From: a virus
Virus record (IMG/VR): IMGVR_UViG_3300032282_003280
Span: 1 to 64,000 of that record
Reading direction: 5' to 3' (one strand)
Length of the DNA: 64,000 bases
Notes under the pieces: model-generated
The model's database searches: none
The model's input: only the letters and a program-made list of their open reading frames with translations
What the model was told of the DNA's origin: nothing
Part shown: in pieces, positions 19,440-26,769 of the stretch
How the letters are laid out: every line of letters starts with the position of its first letter
Position numbering within the stretch: the stretch's first letter is position 1
Position numbers and translations under genes: made by a program

Positions 19440-19889
19440 ATGACGATAAAAGAACAGATAGATCAATTAATAGATACATACAAAAAAGATTTTTATAATA
19501 AGACTGGTATATCTTTATTAGCTATAGCTGAAACAGATATGAAGAAGTTAGATGCTTACGAGGTAATTAAGTATGTATGTTATTATTTAGGAGTAGAGGA
19601 GGAAAATCTATTTAATAGAAGTGCTCCTGCAGTTAGGTGTAAAGAGTTTATCTATGCAATTCTTAATAAGATGGGGTACTCTGCAGAGTCTATAGGTAAA
19701 TTCTTGGGAATTGATAGAACTACAGTTATACATATGAGAGGAACAGTAGCTAAAAAGATGGAGGCAAAGTTCTATAAAACCGATTTATATAGATGTATCA
19801 TTTATGTTTATGAACAAGTTGACAATAGTTTTATTAAGGAAGATTGGCATAAAATGCAGATGAAATTTGATAGTGTTTTCTCTGATTAA
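19440..19889 (+). CDS. HTH protein resembling DnaA domain IV
   Basis: VCYYLGV...SAESIGKFLGIDRTTVIH. Confidence 0.55.
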   Translation: MTIKEQIDQLIDTYKKDFYNKTGISLLAIAETDMKKLDAYEVIKYVCYYLGVEEENLFNRSAPAVRCKEFIYAILNKMGYSAESIGKFLGIDRTTVIHMRGTVAKKMEAKFYKTDLYRCIIYVYEQVDNSFIKEDWHKMQMKFDSVFSD

Positions 19890-19910
19890 GATGTTTTGAT
19901 TGTTAATAAT

Positions 19911-19941
19911 GGGCCTGGGAGTTTCTACTCTTGGGCTTTTT
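19911..19941 (+). terminator. Intrinsic terminator
   Basis: GGCCTGGGAGT-TTCT-ACTCTTGGGCT followed by a T tract. Confidence 0.7.
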
Positions 19942-19953
19942 AATTTTATAAAT

Positions 19954-20157
19954 ATGATACTACAGTTAAACCCAATGATACCTATACAAAGAGTATCTGA
20001 TAATATGGAAGGGTATGCTTTTTTAGTAATTGATTACAGTCAGGAGCATGATTTATTATTTACTTGTGCTATGGATGATGGAGAGATTTGGACACTGAAT
20101 AATAAAGAAATAAGGTTCTGTAAAAACATAAGTTTAGATAGAAAAGAGGTAAAATAA
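19954..20157 (+). CDS. Small conserved phage protein
   Basis: MILQLNP...G.A..VIDYSQEHDL...GEIW; start placed after the terminator. Confidence 0.65.
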   Translation: MILQLNPMIPIQRVSDNMEGYAFLVIDYSQEHDLLFTCAMDDGEIWTLNNKEIRFCKNISLDRKEVK

Positions 20158-20189
20158 GTTGTTTATATTAAGTGAGTTTCGTAAATTTG
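20158..20189 (+). promoter_or_regulatory. Bacteroidota sigma-A promoter (GTTG-N20-TAAATTTG)
   Basis: Both elements present at consensus spacing; ATG lies 4 nt after the -7 box. Confidence 0.7.
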
Positions 20190-20193
20190 TAAG

Positions 20194-20637
20194 ATGAAAA
20201 AGATAGGAATATTCCTTGATGATACAAGAGAAATAGACCAAATTCCCTCATGGATTGAGGAATGGAAGACAGTAAAAAACTATAAGGAATTTACTGATAC
20301 TATAGAAAAATATTGGGTTGTTAGTGGTGAGTTACCAGAGCTTATATCGTTTGATCATGATTTAGCTCTTGAGCATACTCTAGATAGGGCAAACAAATCA
20401 ATTGATGCACCTATATTCTATAGTAAATTTAAGGAAAAGACTGGTAAAGATTGTGCAGAATGGTTAGTTGCATTTGCTGATCAACATAAGTTGATAATAA
20501 AAAGGGCATGTACACATGATGATAATTTATTAGGTTCTCTTAGGATAGAGGATATAATAAATACTTACAAGAAGCAAACAGGTAACTATGTAGAACTACC
20601 GTGTTTTAAGACTAATTGGAAATATAAAAATCAATAA
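20194..20637 (+). CDS. Cyclic-phosphate-processing receiver-like domain protein
   Basis: FLDDTR, ISFDHDL, TGKDCAEWL, HxxN..G. Confidence 0.7.
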   Translation: MKKIGIFLDDTREIDQIPSWIEEWKTVKNYKEFTDTIEKYWVVSGELPELISFDHDLALEHTLDRANKSIDAPIFYSKFKEKTGKDCAEWLVAFADQHKLIIKRACTHDDNLLGSLRIEDIINTYKKQTGNYVELPCFKTNWKYKNQ

Positions 20638-20643
20638 TTTATA

Positions 20644-21657
20644 ATGGCAACAAAGAAGACACAAGAAAAATTAAACTTAGAGGACACTTTAAAACAGTTA
20701 GAGAAGAACTATGGTAAAGGTACTATAGTATCCGGGAACTCAGTAACAAGTTATCCTGATGTAATTAGCACAGGTAGTATAGCATTTGATAATGCTACTG
20801 GTATTGGAGGTTTTCCTATGGGGAAAGTAGTAGAATTTATTGGTTGGGAATCATCAGGTAAGAGTACATGTACTCTTGAGGTAATTGCTAATGCTCAAAA
20901 GAAGGGTATTAAGTGTTTATTAGTAGATGGTGAGAATAGTTTTGATAGGCAGTATGCAGAGACATTAGGTGTAAATGTAGATAATTTACTTATTTATCAG
21001 TTAGATGGGGAAGGTGGTGAGAAAGCCTACAATATTGCAGAGCAGATTATAAAGACTGGTGAGGTAGGTTTAGTAGTATTTGATTCTCAGAATAGCCTAC
21101 AACCAAAATCTGTAATGGAGGGTGAGGTTGGTGATAGTGCTATAGGTAAACATGCTCGTATGTTAAATCAAGCTATTCCTAAACTTACTAACTTAGCTCA
21201 GGAATATAACTGTTTAGCCATAGTAATATCTCAATTTAGAGAGAAGATAGGTGTAATGTTTGGATCACCGGAAACTACACAAGGTGGTAATGCACTTCGT
21301 TTTTACTCTCAGATGAGAGTAGAGTTCAGAAAAACTGTACTAAAAGATGGGGATGATCCATATGCTAATAGGACTAGAATAAAAGTTATTAAGAATAAGT
21401 TAGCTGCTCCATTCAAAACTGCAGAGTTTGAAATAGTTTATGGTAAGGGTATAGATAAAGTAGGTGAAATTATCTCTATGGGTGTAGATAAAGAGGTTCT
21501 TAAGCAGAGAGCTGGTGTAATTACATTTGAGGGAGAAAAGTATGAGGAGGCTACCTTTAGAGAGCTTATTGAGACAAATGATGAGTTTAAGAACGCACTA
21601 AAAGAAAAGATAAATTATGCAGGACAACATATTGGAGATTTACAAGAGGAACTATAA
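20644..21657 (+). CDS. recA: RecA recombinase
   Basis: ISTGS, GWESSGKST, VDGENSFD, SQFREKIGVMFGSPETTQGGNALRFY, KNKLAAPFK. Confidence 0.97.
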   Translation: MATKKTQEKLNLEDTLKQLEKNYGKGTIVSGNSVTSYPDVISTGSIAFDNATGIGGFPMGKVVEFIGWESSGKSTCTLEVIANAQKKGIKCLLVDGENSFDRQYAETLGVNVDNLLIYQLDGEGGEKAYNIAEQIIKTGEVGLVVFDSQNSLQPKSVMEGEVGDSAIGKHARMLNQAIPKLTNLAQEYNCLAIVISQFREKIGVMFGSPETTQGGNALRFYSQMRVEFRKTVLKDGDDPYANRTRIKVIKNKLAAPFKTAEFEIVYGKGIDKVGEIISMGVDKEVLKQRAGVITFEGEKYEEATFRELIETNDEFKNALKEKINYAGQHIGDLQEEL

Positions 21658-21979
21658 AATAGTTACTGGTAGGGAGTTAAAGGATGATATATTTAACTCT
21701 GTTAAGGTAACAAGGAAAAAGAGTCTTAAACGATGGGATGCTGTAATTAGTAAGTATTTTAATCAGCCTGTCAGAAAGAAGTGTCGTAAAAATCATAATA
21801 TCTCCTATAAGTGGTTTATGCATATGGCTAGATGGGATGGTTATGGTGTTCAGGAGATTGCTGATTATTTAGGGAGAGAGAGAAGTGGTATCTCACAACA
21901 ATCTGCTAACTCTATGAGAAATAAAAGATCTCCTATATTTGATATAGATACTCAGAAATCTTTAGAACGTATAATGTAA
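21617..21979 (+). CDS. HTH DNA-binding protein
   Basis: YGVQEIADYLGRERSGISQ. Confidence 0.55.
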   Translation: MQDNILEIYKRNYKIVTGRELKDDIFNSVKVTRKKSLKRWDAVISKYFNQPVRKKCRKNHNISYKWFMHMARWDGYGVQEIADYLGRERSGISQQSANSMRNKRSPIFDIDTQKSLERIM

Positions 21980-21983
21980 TAAG

Positions 21984-22019
21984 ATGAAAATTATAAATAA
22001 GACAGTAAAGAGAAGTTGA
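21984..22019 (+). pseudogene. Remnant duplicate of the 5' end of the SPL-like gene
   Basis: Encodes MKIINKTVKRS*. 25/28 nt identical to 22728-22755 (MKIINKTVK...), and all three differences are synonymous. Confidence 0.65.
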
Positions 22020-22046
22020 ATTCTTATCAGTAATTTTGTATATTTG
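22015..22046 (+). promoter_or_regulatory. Bacteroidota sigma-A promoter (GTTG-N20-TATATTTG)
   Basis: Consensus spacing; ATG lies 4 nt after the -7 box. Confidence 0.65.
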
Positions 22047-22050
22047 AACT

Positions 22051-22263
22051 ATGAAGAAATTGTTTAATAAGGATAAACTCTCCTCCAGAAAGGTTAAATA
22101 TGCTGAGAAGTGGGCAAATAGGATGTTGGCACTTTGTCATGCTTCAAGTAAAGCCGTATTTCACCAAAGTTTCCTTGATTTTATGTTTAAAGGAGAAAGT
22201 AGAATAAAGTTTGATTTTGACGGTAATTCTTATAAATATTCAATACCTTTAGAAGATGAATAA
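22051..22263 (+). CDS. Hypothetical protein
   Basis: Directly behind a promoter. Confidence 0.55.
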   Translation: MKKLFNKDKLSSRKVKYAEKWANRMLALCHASSKAVFHQSFLDFMFKGESRIKFDFDGNSYKYSIPLEDE

Positions 22264-22477
22264 ATACGAAGTAAAATATTACTACCTTGCTACAGGGATG
22301 GAGGGAAGAGCAGATGATAGAATTATAGGTACTTTTGAAGCTGAAAATAAAGAAGAAGCTATAGAGTTAGCTATAAAACAGGAAATTCCTGTAGAAGAGT
22401 ATTATGGTCCAGATAATAAATGGAAAACCTCAGATTGGTTAAGAAGCTGTCTAAGTGCTAAACAAGTGTATAAGTAG
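22256..22477 (+). CDS. Hypothetical phage protein
   Basis: KYEV...EAENKEEAIELA pattern common in small phage proteins. Confidence 0.6.
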   Translation: MNKYEVKYYYLATGMEGRADDRIIGTFEAENKEEAIELAIKQEIPVEEYYGPDNKWKTSDWLRSCLSAKQVYK

Positions 22478-22481
22478 AGCT

Positions 22482-22712
22482 ATGAAGAGATATTTAATAG
22501 AAATTGAATTGCACATATCCAAGGGGTATAAAGGAGATATTCGTAATAAGAAGGGTTATAATAAGTTTATTGAGGAGTTAAGGAGAACTAGACAATTAGG
22601 TACTGTAGATACTCAAAAACTCTCCTTCGAACATGATTATAGAATTGATCCTCCTATAGAGCATTATAGGGAGTTGGGGTGCAAAATAACTGAAATAGAG
22701 GAGTGTGCTTAA
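22482..22712 (+). CDS. Hypothetical protein
   Basis: ATG at 22482 just after the upstream stop. Confidence 0.5.
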   Translation: MKRYLIEIELHISKGYKGDIRNKKGYNKFIEELRRTRQLGTVDTQKLSFEHDYRIDPPIEHYRELGCKITEIEECA

Positions 22713-22727
22713 CAAAAATATTACTTT

Positions 22728-23591
22728 ATGAAGATAATAAATAAGACTGTAAAGAATTTATCAGTTAAGGATAATGGGAGAAGCTCGGATTTTATACCTC
22801 CGAGCTTTATTTTTGGCTGTGCTGCTCCTTGTAAGACTTATTGTTATGTACAGAGACATAATAAGGAATTTGTACAGGTAGCTGAGAACTATAAGGATAT
22901 AATAGATTCTATAGGTAAACACTCTAGGAAGTTACCATGGCCAAAGAAACCTAATCAGTGTGACTCTAAATATTATATTTATGACATAGGGTGTAATAAT
23001 GACCTTAGTTTATATTGGAAGCATCAGAATTGGAGGGATATATTTGATTTCTTTAAGGAAAACTCTAAAGCAAAGGCATCTTTTGCTACTAAGTTTGTTA
23101 ATAGAAAGATGTTAGATTATTCTCCTGAAGGAAAGATTAGAATTAGGTTCTCTCTTATGCCTCAGGTAATAAGTGATATAGTGGAGCCCGGAATATCCTC
23201 TGTAGAGGAGAAGTTAGGAGCAATTGCAGATTTTCAGAAGGCAGGGTATGAAGTTCACCTAAACTTTTCACCGGTAATTATAACACCTACTTGGGAAAGG
23301 GATTATGAGGAATTATTTAAATTAGTTGAGGAAAAGACACAAGATCTTCGTAACTTAGAGTCTGAAGTTATATTCTTGACCCATAATAGAGACCTACATG
23401 AACATAATCTACAAAAAGAGGGTAATGCAGAGTCTCTACTATGGACACCAGATATACAGGAAGATAAGACTAGTACTTATGGAGGAGATAATATAAGGTA
23501 TAAACATGAATTAAAATCTCAATATATATGGAGGTTTAAAGAGTTATATAATCAATATATTCCTTATATAAACATCAGATATATATTCTAA
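22728..23591 (+). CDS. Spore photoproduct lyase-family radical SAM protein
   Basis: NGRSSDFI.PSF..GCAAPCKTYCY, YDIGCNND, SFATKFVN, RIRFSLMP, GYEVHLNFSPVI, EVIFLTHN. Confidence 0.8.
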   Translation: MKIINKTVKNLSVKDNGRSSDFIPPSFIFGCAAPCKTYCYVQRHNKEFVQVAENYKDIIDSIGKHSRKLPWPKKPNQCDSKYYIYDIGCNNDLSLYWKHQNWRDIFDFFKENSKAKASFATKFVNRKMLDYSPEGKIRIRFSLMPQVISDIVEPGISSVEEKLGAIADFQKAGYEVHLNFSPVIITPTWERDYEELFKLVEEKTQDLRNLESEVIFLTHNRDLHEHNLQKEGNAESLLWTPDIQEDKTSTYGGDNIRYKHELKSQYIWRFKELYNQYIPYINIRYIF

Positions 23592-23604
23592 AAACTTAAT
23601 AAGA

Positions 23605-23985
23605 GTGAATAAATGTCCTACGTGTGGCAATAAGTGTGAGAAGGAGTATTGTTGGAGGCATTCTAATAAGAAAAGTATGCCTAAGAAAAGACTGGAAGGT
23701 AGTAAGAAAAAGGAAAAGAATACCGAGGCCATGCATAACTTCTTTATGGAGATATGGAAAAAGAGACCTCATTATTGTCAAGTAACCGGTGAATCTCTAG
23801 GCAATGAACCTTTGAGTTATATGTTTGAACATCTCCTGGAAAAGAGTAAGTACCCTCACTTAGCCTTCGAGGAGGATAATATAATACTCTGCACCTTAAA
23901 TGTACATGATGCTAAGACTATGGGCTACCCTTTACCTAAACACCAAGAATTTATAGAAAAAGCTAAAGAAAGATTTGGAGTTTAA
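23605..23985 (+). CDS. NinG/HNH-like nuclease-fold protein
   Basis: CPTC, CQVTG, FEHLLEKSKYPHLAFEEDNIILC...H. Confidence 0.65.
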   Translation: MNKCPTCGNKCEKEYCWRHSNKKSMPKKRLEGSKKKEKNTEAMHNFFMEIWKKRPHYCQVTGESLGNEPLSYMFEHLLEKSKYPHLAFEEDNIILCTLNVHDAKTMGYPLPKHQEFIEKAKERFGV

Positions 23986-24004
23986 AAAAATAAGTATACC
24001 TTTG
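23974..24004 (+). promoter_or_regulatory. Bacteroidota sigma-A promoter (TTTG-N19-TACCTTTG)
   Basis: Perfect -33 and -7 consensus elements. Confidence 0.75.
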
Positions 24005-24022
24005 ATAAAAATTAACAACACA

Positions 24023-24289
24023 ATGAAGAATCAATTTTTCTACACAGTAGAACAAGATGGTAAAAAATTAGTAGGTTCACTTAATATGGATCTTGTAGTA
24101 AGGTCATTAGAATATGAACCAGGTAAATTAGTAGTAATTTTAAATGACTTTCATGAAAGTTTAACTACTCGTCAGGTAATGGAAAAAGGTAAACCTAAAA
24201 TGATACGTCAAAAAGAATATATATGCTCTGAAATTTGGTTATCTGAAGAGGATAGTATTAAATTTCGTGAGATTACAGAATTAAAGTAG
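24023..24289 (+). CDS. Conserved hypothetical protein
   Basis: Start moved to 24023, downstream of the promoter. Confidence 0.65.
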   Translation: MKNQFFYTVEQDGKKLVGSLNMDLVVRSLEYEPGKLVVILNDFHESLTTRQVMEKGKPKMIRQKEYICSEIWLSEEDSIKFREITELK

Positions 24290-24320
24290 TTCTTCTTTGT
24301 TTGCTGTTTCTTTCATACTT

Positions 24321-24346
24321 CCCCAGGTTTAGGCCTGGGGTTTTTT
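24321..24346 (+). terminator. Terminator ending the + strand block
   Basis: CCCCAGG-TTTAGG-CCTGGGG followed by TTTTTT. Confidence 0.85.
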
Positions 24347-24354
24347 ATCATAAT

Positions 24355-24383
24355 AAAAAAAAAGACCCTCCGAAGAGAGTCTT
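24355..24383 (-). terminator. Terminator ending the - strand virion block
   Basis: On the - strand: AAGACTCTC-TTCG-GAGGGTCTT plus a T tract (cUUCGg tetraloop). Confidence 0.85.
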
Positions 24384-24389
24384 GATGGG

Positions 24390-24434
24390 TTAGCACATTT
24401 TGCCACCTTTCTTTTTACCTTTAGTTTTCGCCAT
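24390..24434 (-). CDS. 14-aa basic microprotein MAKTKGKKKGGKMC
   Basis: ATG 2 nt after the upstream stop, A-rich context, ends just before the terminator; missing from the ORF track. Confidence 0.5.
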   Translation of the reverse strand: MAKTKGKKKGGKMC

Positions 24435-24436
24435 TT

Positions 24437-24679
24437 TTATACTTGTTTAGAGTTTTCTTCTTGGGGTAATGGAGTTGCTATACCTTTACTTACCATATCT
24501 ACAAGTATCTTTTGGGAGATACCAAATGCATCTATTGTACGCATAATAGACATTGGAGAAAAGTCTGATGCCATAAATTTAGCAAGACTGTTGTAGAGGA
24601 TATTGAAATCTTGGCCGGATATAGTTATTTCAGCTTCTGGATTCCACTCATACTTAATTGTTGGATTATATTCTGTCAT
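24437..24679 (-). CDS. Hypothetical protein
   Basis: Y.W.PEAEITISG.DF pattern; a -7-like box TATATTTG lies at 24696-24703 on the - strand. Confidence 0.65.
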   Translation of the reverse strand: MTEYNPTIKYEWNPEAEITISGQDFNILYNSLAKFMASDFSPMSIMRTIDAFGISQKILVDMVSKGIATPLPQEENSKQV

Positions 24680-24703
24680 AATAAATAATTTGGTACAAAT
24701 ATA

Positions 24704-24982
24704 CTAAAATTCTATTGAAAAGTGTATATTTTTCTCAATATTTGTACTCTTTGAGAACTGTGGTTTTAGATGAAGTAACTTATGGGCGGATACTATGTTA
24801 TCTATTATATCCTGCCTAAAGGAGGATTGAGAAGGTGTTATAGTAATTTTTAGTTCATTAACTATTTTATGTACATCCATCTCTCCTTCAGGGTCAGAAT
24901 ACTTTAGGGCTGATGCTATAAATAGCACATATAGCATACCATTATCATCCGGTATTCTTAGAAAGTCTGTATTGATCTTCAT
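24704..24982 (-). CDS. Hypothetical protein
   Basis: TAATG-coupled to the ferritin gene. Confidence 0.55.
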   Translation of the reverse strand: MKINTDFLRIPDDNGMLYVLFIASALKYSDPEGEMDVHKIVNELKITITPSQSSFRQDIIDNIVSAHKLLHLKPQFSKSTNIEKNIHFSIEF

Positions 24983-25527
24983 TATCCTTCTACAAGATGT
25001 TCATCAAATTCAAGGAGTGCTGCCTCATTATTGCCACAACGTGCAAGTTTAGCTAATAAGTCGCCATATTCACCTACACTCTTACGCTGTTCCGTTACAA
25101 ACTCCTGAAGAAATGTAAATACAACCATGTCTTTAGACATAACCATCATTGCTGCTTTATTATAATCTTTACCTAGATTAACCTCTAACTCATAAGCCTG
25201 ATCAAATACCTCTTTAATATCCATAGAACATGTAGGAGGATTAATTGGTGCTAATTTAGGGGCAACACCTACATCATTTAAAAAGTCTACTATTTTTTGA
25301 TAGTGAGTTCCTTCATTTTCAGCTTCTCCTAAGAAGAATTTTTGAGCACCAAAATATCCTACTTGTTGCATATAATTAGATGCATTGCGATAGAAGTATT
25401 GAGCATAAAGCTCTTTATTAACAAAGCCTTCAAGAAGAGTAATCATCTCTGGAGATATTACAGGTTCTTTAGCCGTCATTGATTTACTAAGTAGAGAAAG
25501 ACTACCTTTAGCATTTGTATAAGCCAT
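24982..25527 (-). CDS. Non-haem ferritin-like protein
   Basis: ELYAQYFY, GAQKFF..EAENE..H, AYELE, FLQEFVTEQ. Confidence 0.85.
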   Translation of the reverse strand: MAYTNAKGSLSLLSKSMTAKEPVISPEMITLLEGFVNKELYAQYFYRNASNYMQQVGYFGAQKFFLGEAENEGTHYQKIVDFLNDVGVAPKLAPINPPTCSMDIKEVFDQAYELEVNLGKDYNKAAMMVMSKDMVVFTFLQEFVTEQRKSVGEYGDLLAKLARCGNNEAALLEFDEHLVEG

Positions 25528-26225
25528 TACTTTTTAGATTTTATTGAGATTAGGTTAAAGTTTAGAGATATACCAGTACCCCACCTTCTGTTTATCATAT
25601 CATAACCTATATATGGACCTACAGTAAATAATACTTTTGGCTCCTTTAGGGTTACGAAATTTCCTGCTGTAATTTTATTGTAGGGAGATTTTGAGGATAT
25701 GTCAACTATACGCTTATTGGCTCTTAGAAACCTTTTTTGAGTATAGTCTATAAAGGTCAATGTATCCCTTGATAGAAGGGACACATTAGCCTTTTGTTCC
25801 TTAAGACTTCCCCAGGCCTTAAGGTCTATATAATTATTGGTTTTAACAATTGAAAAGTTTTGATTACTATCTATATATACCGGCAGATCTTTGAATACAG
25901 TATCTGTTTGAACAGTATACTTAACAACAGTCTTAACTATAACCTTTCCCTTTAAAGAAGAAGTAATAGAATCAGTAAGATGCTGCATCATCTCTTGAGA
26001 AACTACAGCACCTTTAATCTGAGAGTGTGTAACATTGTTATTATCAGTATATGTTTTTACAGGCTGTAACTTATCCGATGGGATAACCTCTTCAGGAGAA
26101 CAACCTTTTTGAAGAAGAAATAATACAAATACTATAAAGATACAAAATACTGTAAACTTTACCCAATGTAAGAAATCATCATCCTTTAACTTCCAATAAA
26201 TCCAGTTAAACAAATTTTTAATCAT
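25527..26225 (-). CDS. Membrane-anchored protein, putative spanin
   Basis: N-terminal TM followed by KGCS; C-terminal amphipathic beta pattern VGPYIGYD...GTGISLNFNL; next to a holin-like gene. Confidence 0.45.
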   Translation of the reverse strand: MIKNLFNWIYWKLKDDDFLHWVKFTVFCIFIVFVLFLLQKGCSPEEVIPSDKLQPVKTYTDNNNVTHSQIKGAVVSQEMMQHLTDSITSSLKGKVIVKTVVKYTVQTDTVFKDLPVYIDSNQNFSIVKTNNYIDLKAWGSLKEQKANVSLLSRDTLTFIDYTQKRFLRANKRIVDISSKSPYNKITAGNFVTLKEPKVLFTVGPYIGYDMINRRWGTGISLNFNLISIKSKK

Positions 26226-26245
26226 ATATATGTTGGTTTTTTAAT

Positions 26246-26476
26246 TTACTTCTTTTTATTTTTCTTTTTCATTATATCCTGTATATTATTATACATATTA
26301 TAAAGAGCATTAAAGGCAACTGCTACAGTACCTATAGCACCAGCAATTTTGAATATATCACTAATCCAAGTATTACCTGAAAAGTGACCTATTGCATATA
26401 AAGTAGCCGAACTTAATAATTGAATTGCTCCTTCTTGTGGAGTATCGTGATGAATCATGTGTAGTAATAGTTTCAT
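26246..26476 (-). CDS. Holin-like small membrane protein
   Basis: Hydrophobic helices with a highly basic C-terminus KKKNKKK. Confidence 0.5.
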   Translation of the reverse strand: MKLLLHMIHHDTPQEGAIQLLSSATLYAIGHFSGNTWISDIFKIAGAIGTVAVAFNALYNMYNNIQDIMKKKNKKK

Positions 26477-26488
26477 TTTTCTTTAAGA

Positions 26489-26527
26489 AATTTAGAAGAG
26501 GGTATATTTCAACCCTCTCTTAAATTA
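26489..26527 (-). terminator. Intergenic stem-loop (terminator or processing site)
   Basis: aatttagaagagggt...accctctcttaaatt inverted repeat; weak U tract. Confidence 0.4.
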
Positions 26528-26535
26528 GCAATAGG

Positions 26536-26736
26536 TTAGCTAGGTAAAGTTGTAGTAGTTGTCGTACTAGTTGTTGTTGTAGGGGTACAACAAAGTCCTA
26601 AGCAATCATCAATGTTTACCCATCTTCCTGAACCAGGGGTTACACGAGGAGGAAATTCTCGGTAGATCAAAGAGCAGTTAATTGGCTTACCTTGCTGAGT
26701 AAGTTTTAACCACCAATGTTTTCTACTTACGTTCAT
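26536..26736 (-). CDS. Small protein with a C-terminal Thr run, putative virion decoration
   Basis: Ends CC-TPTTTTSTTTTTTLPS. Confidence 0.65.
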   Translation of the reverse strand: MNVSRKHWWLKLTQQGKPINCSLIYREFPPRVTPGSGRWVNIDDCLGLCCTPTTTTSTTTTTTLPS

Positions 26737-26769
26737 GTCAATTTAAATTTAAGGGTTATAAAAAAATAA

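Noticed and set aside
20644-25527. Cellular origin or prophage, suggested by recA, ferritin and the SPL-like gene
   Set aside because: These genes are embedded and translationally coupled in phage operons with uniform composition; no integrase or host housekeeping context is present.
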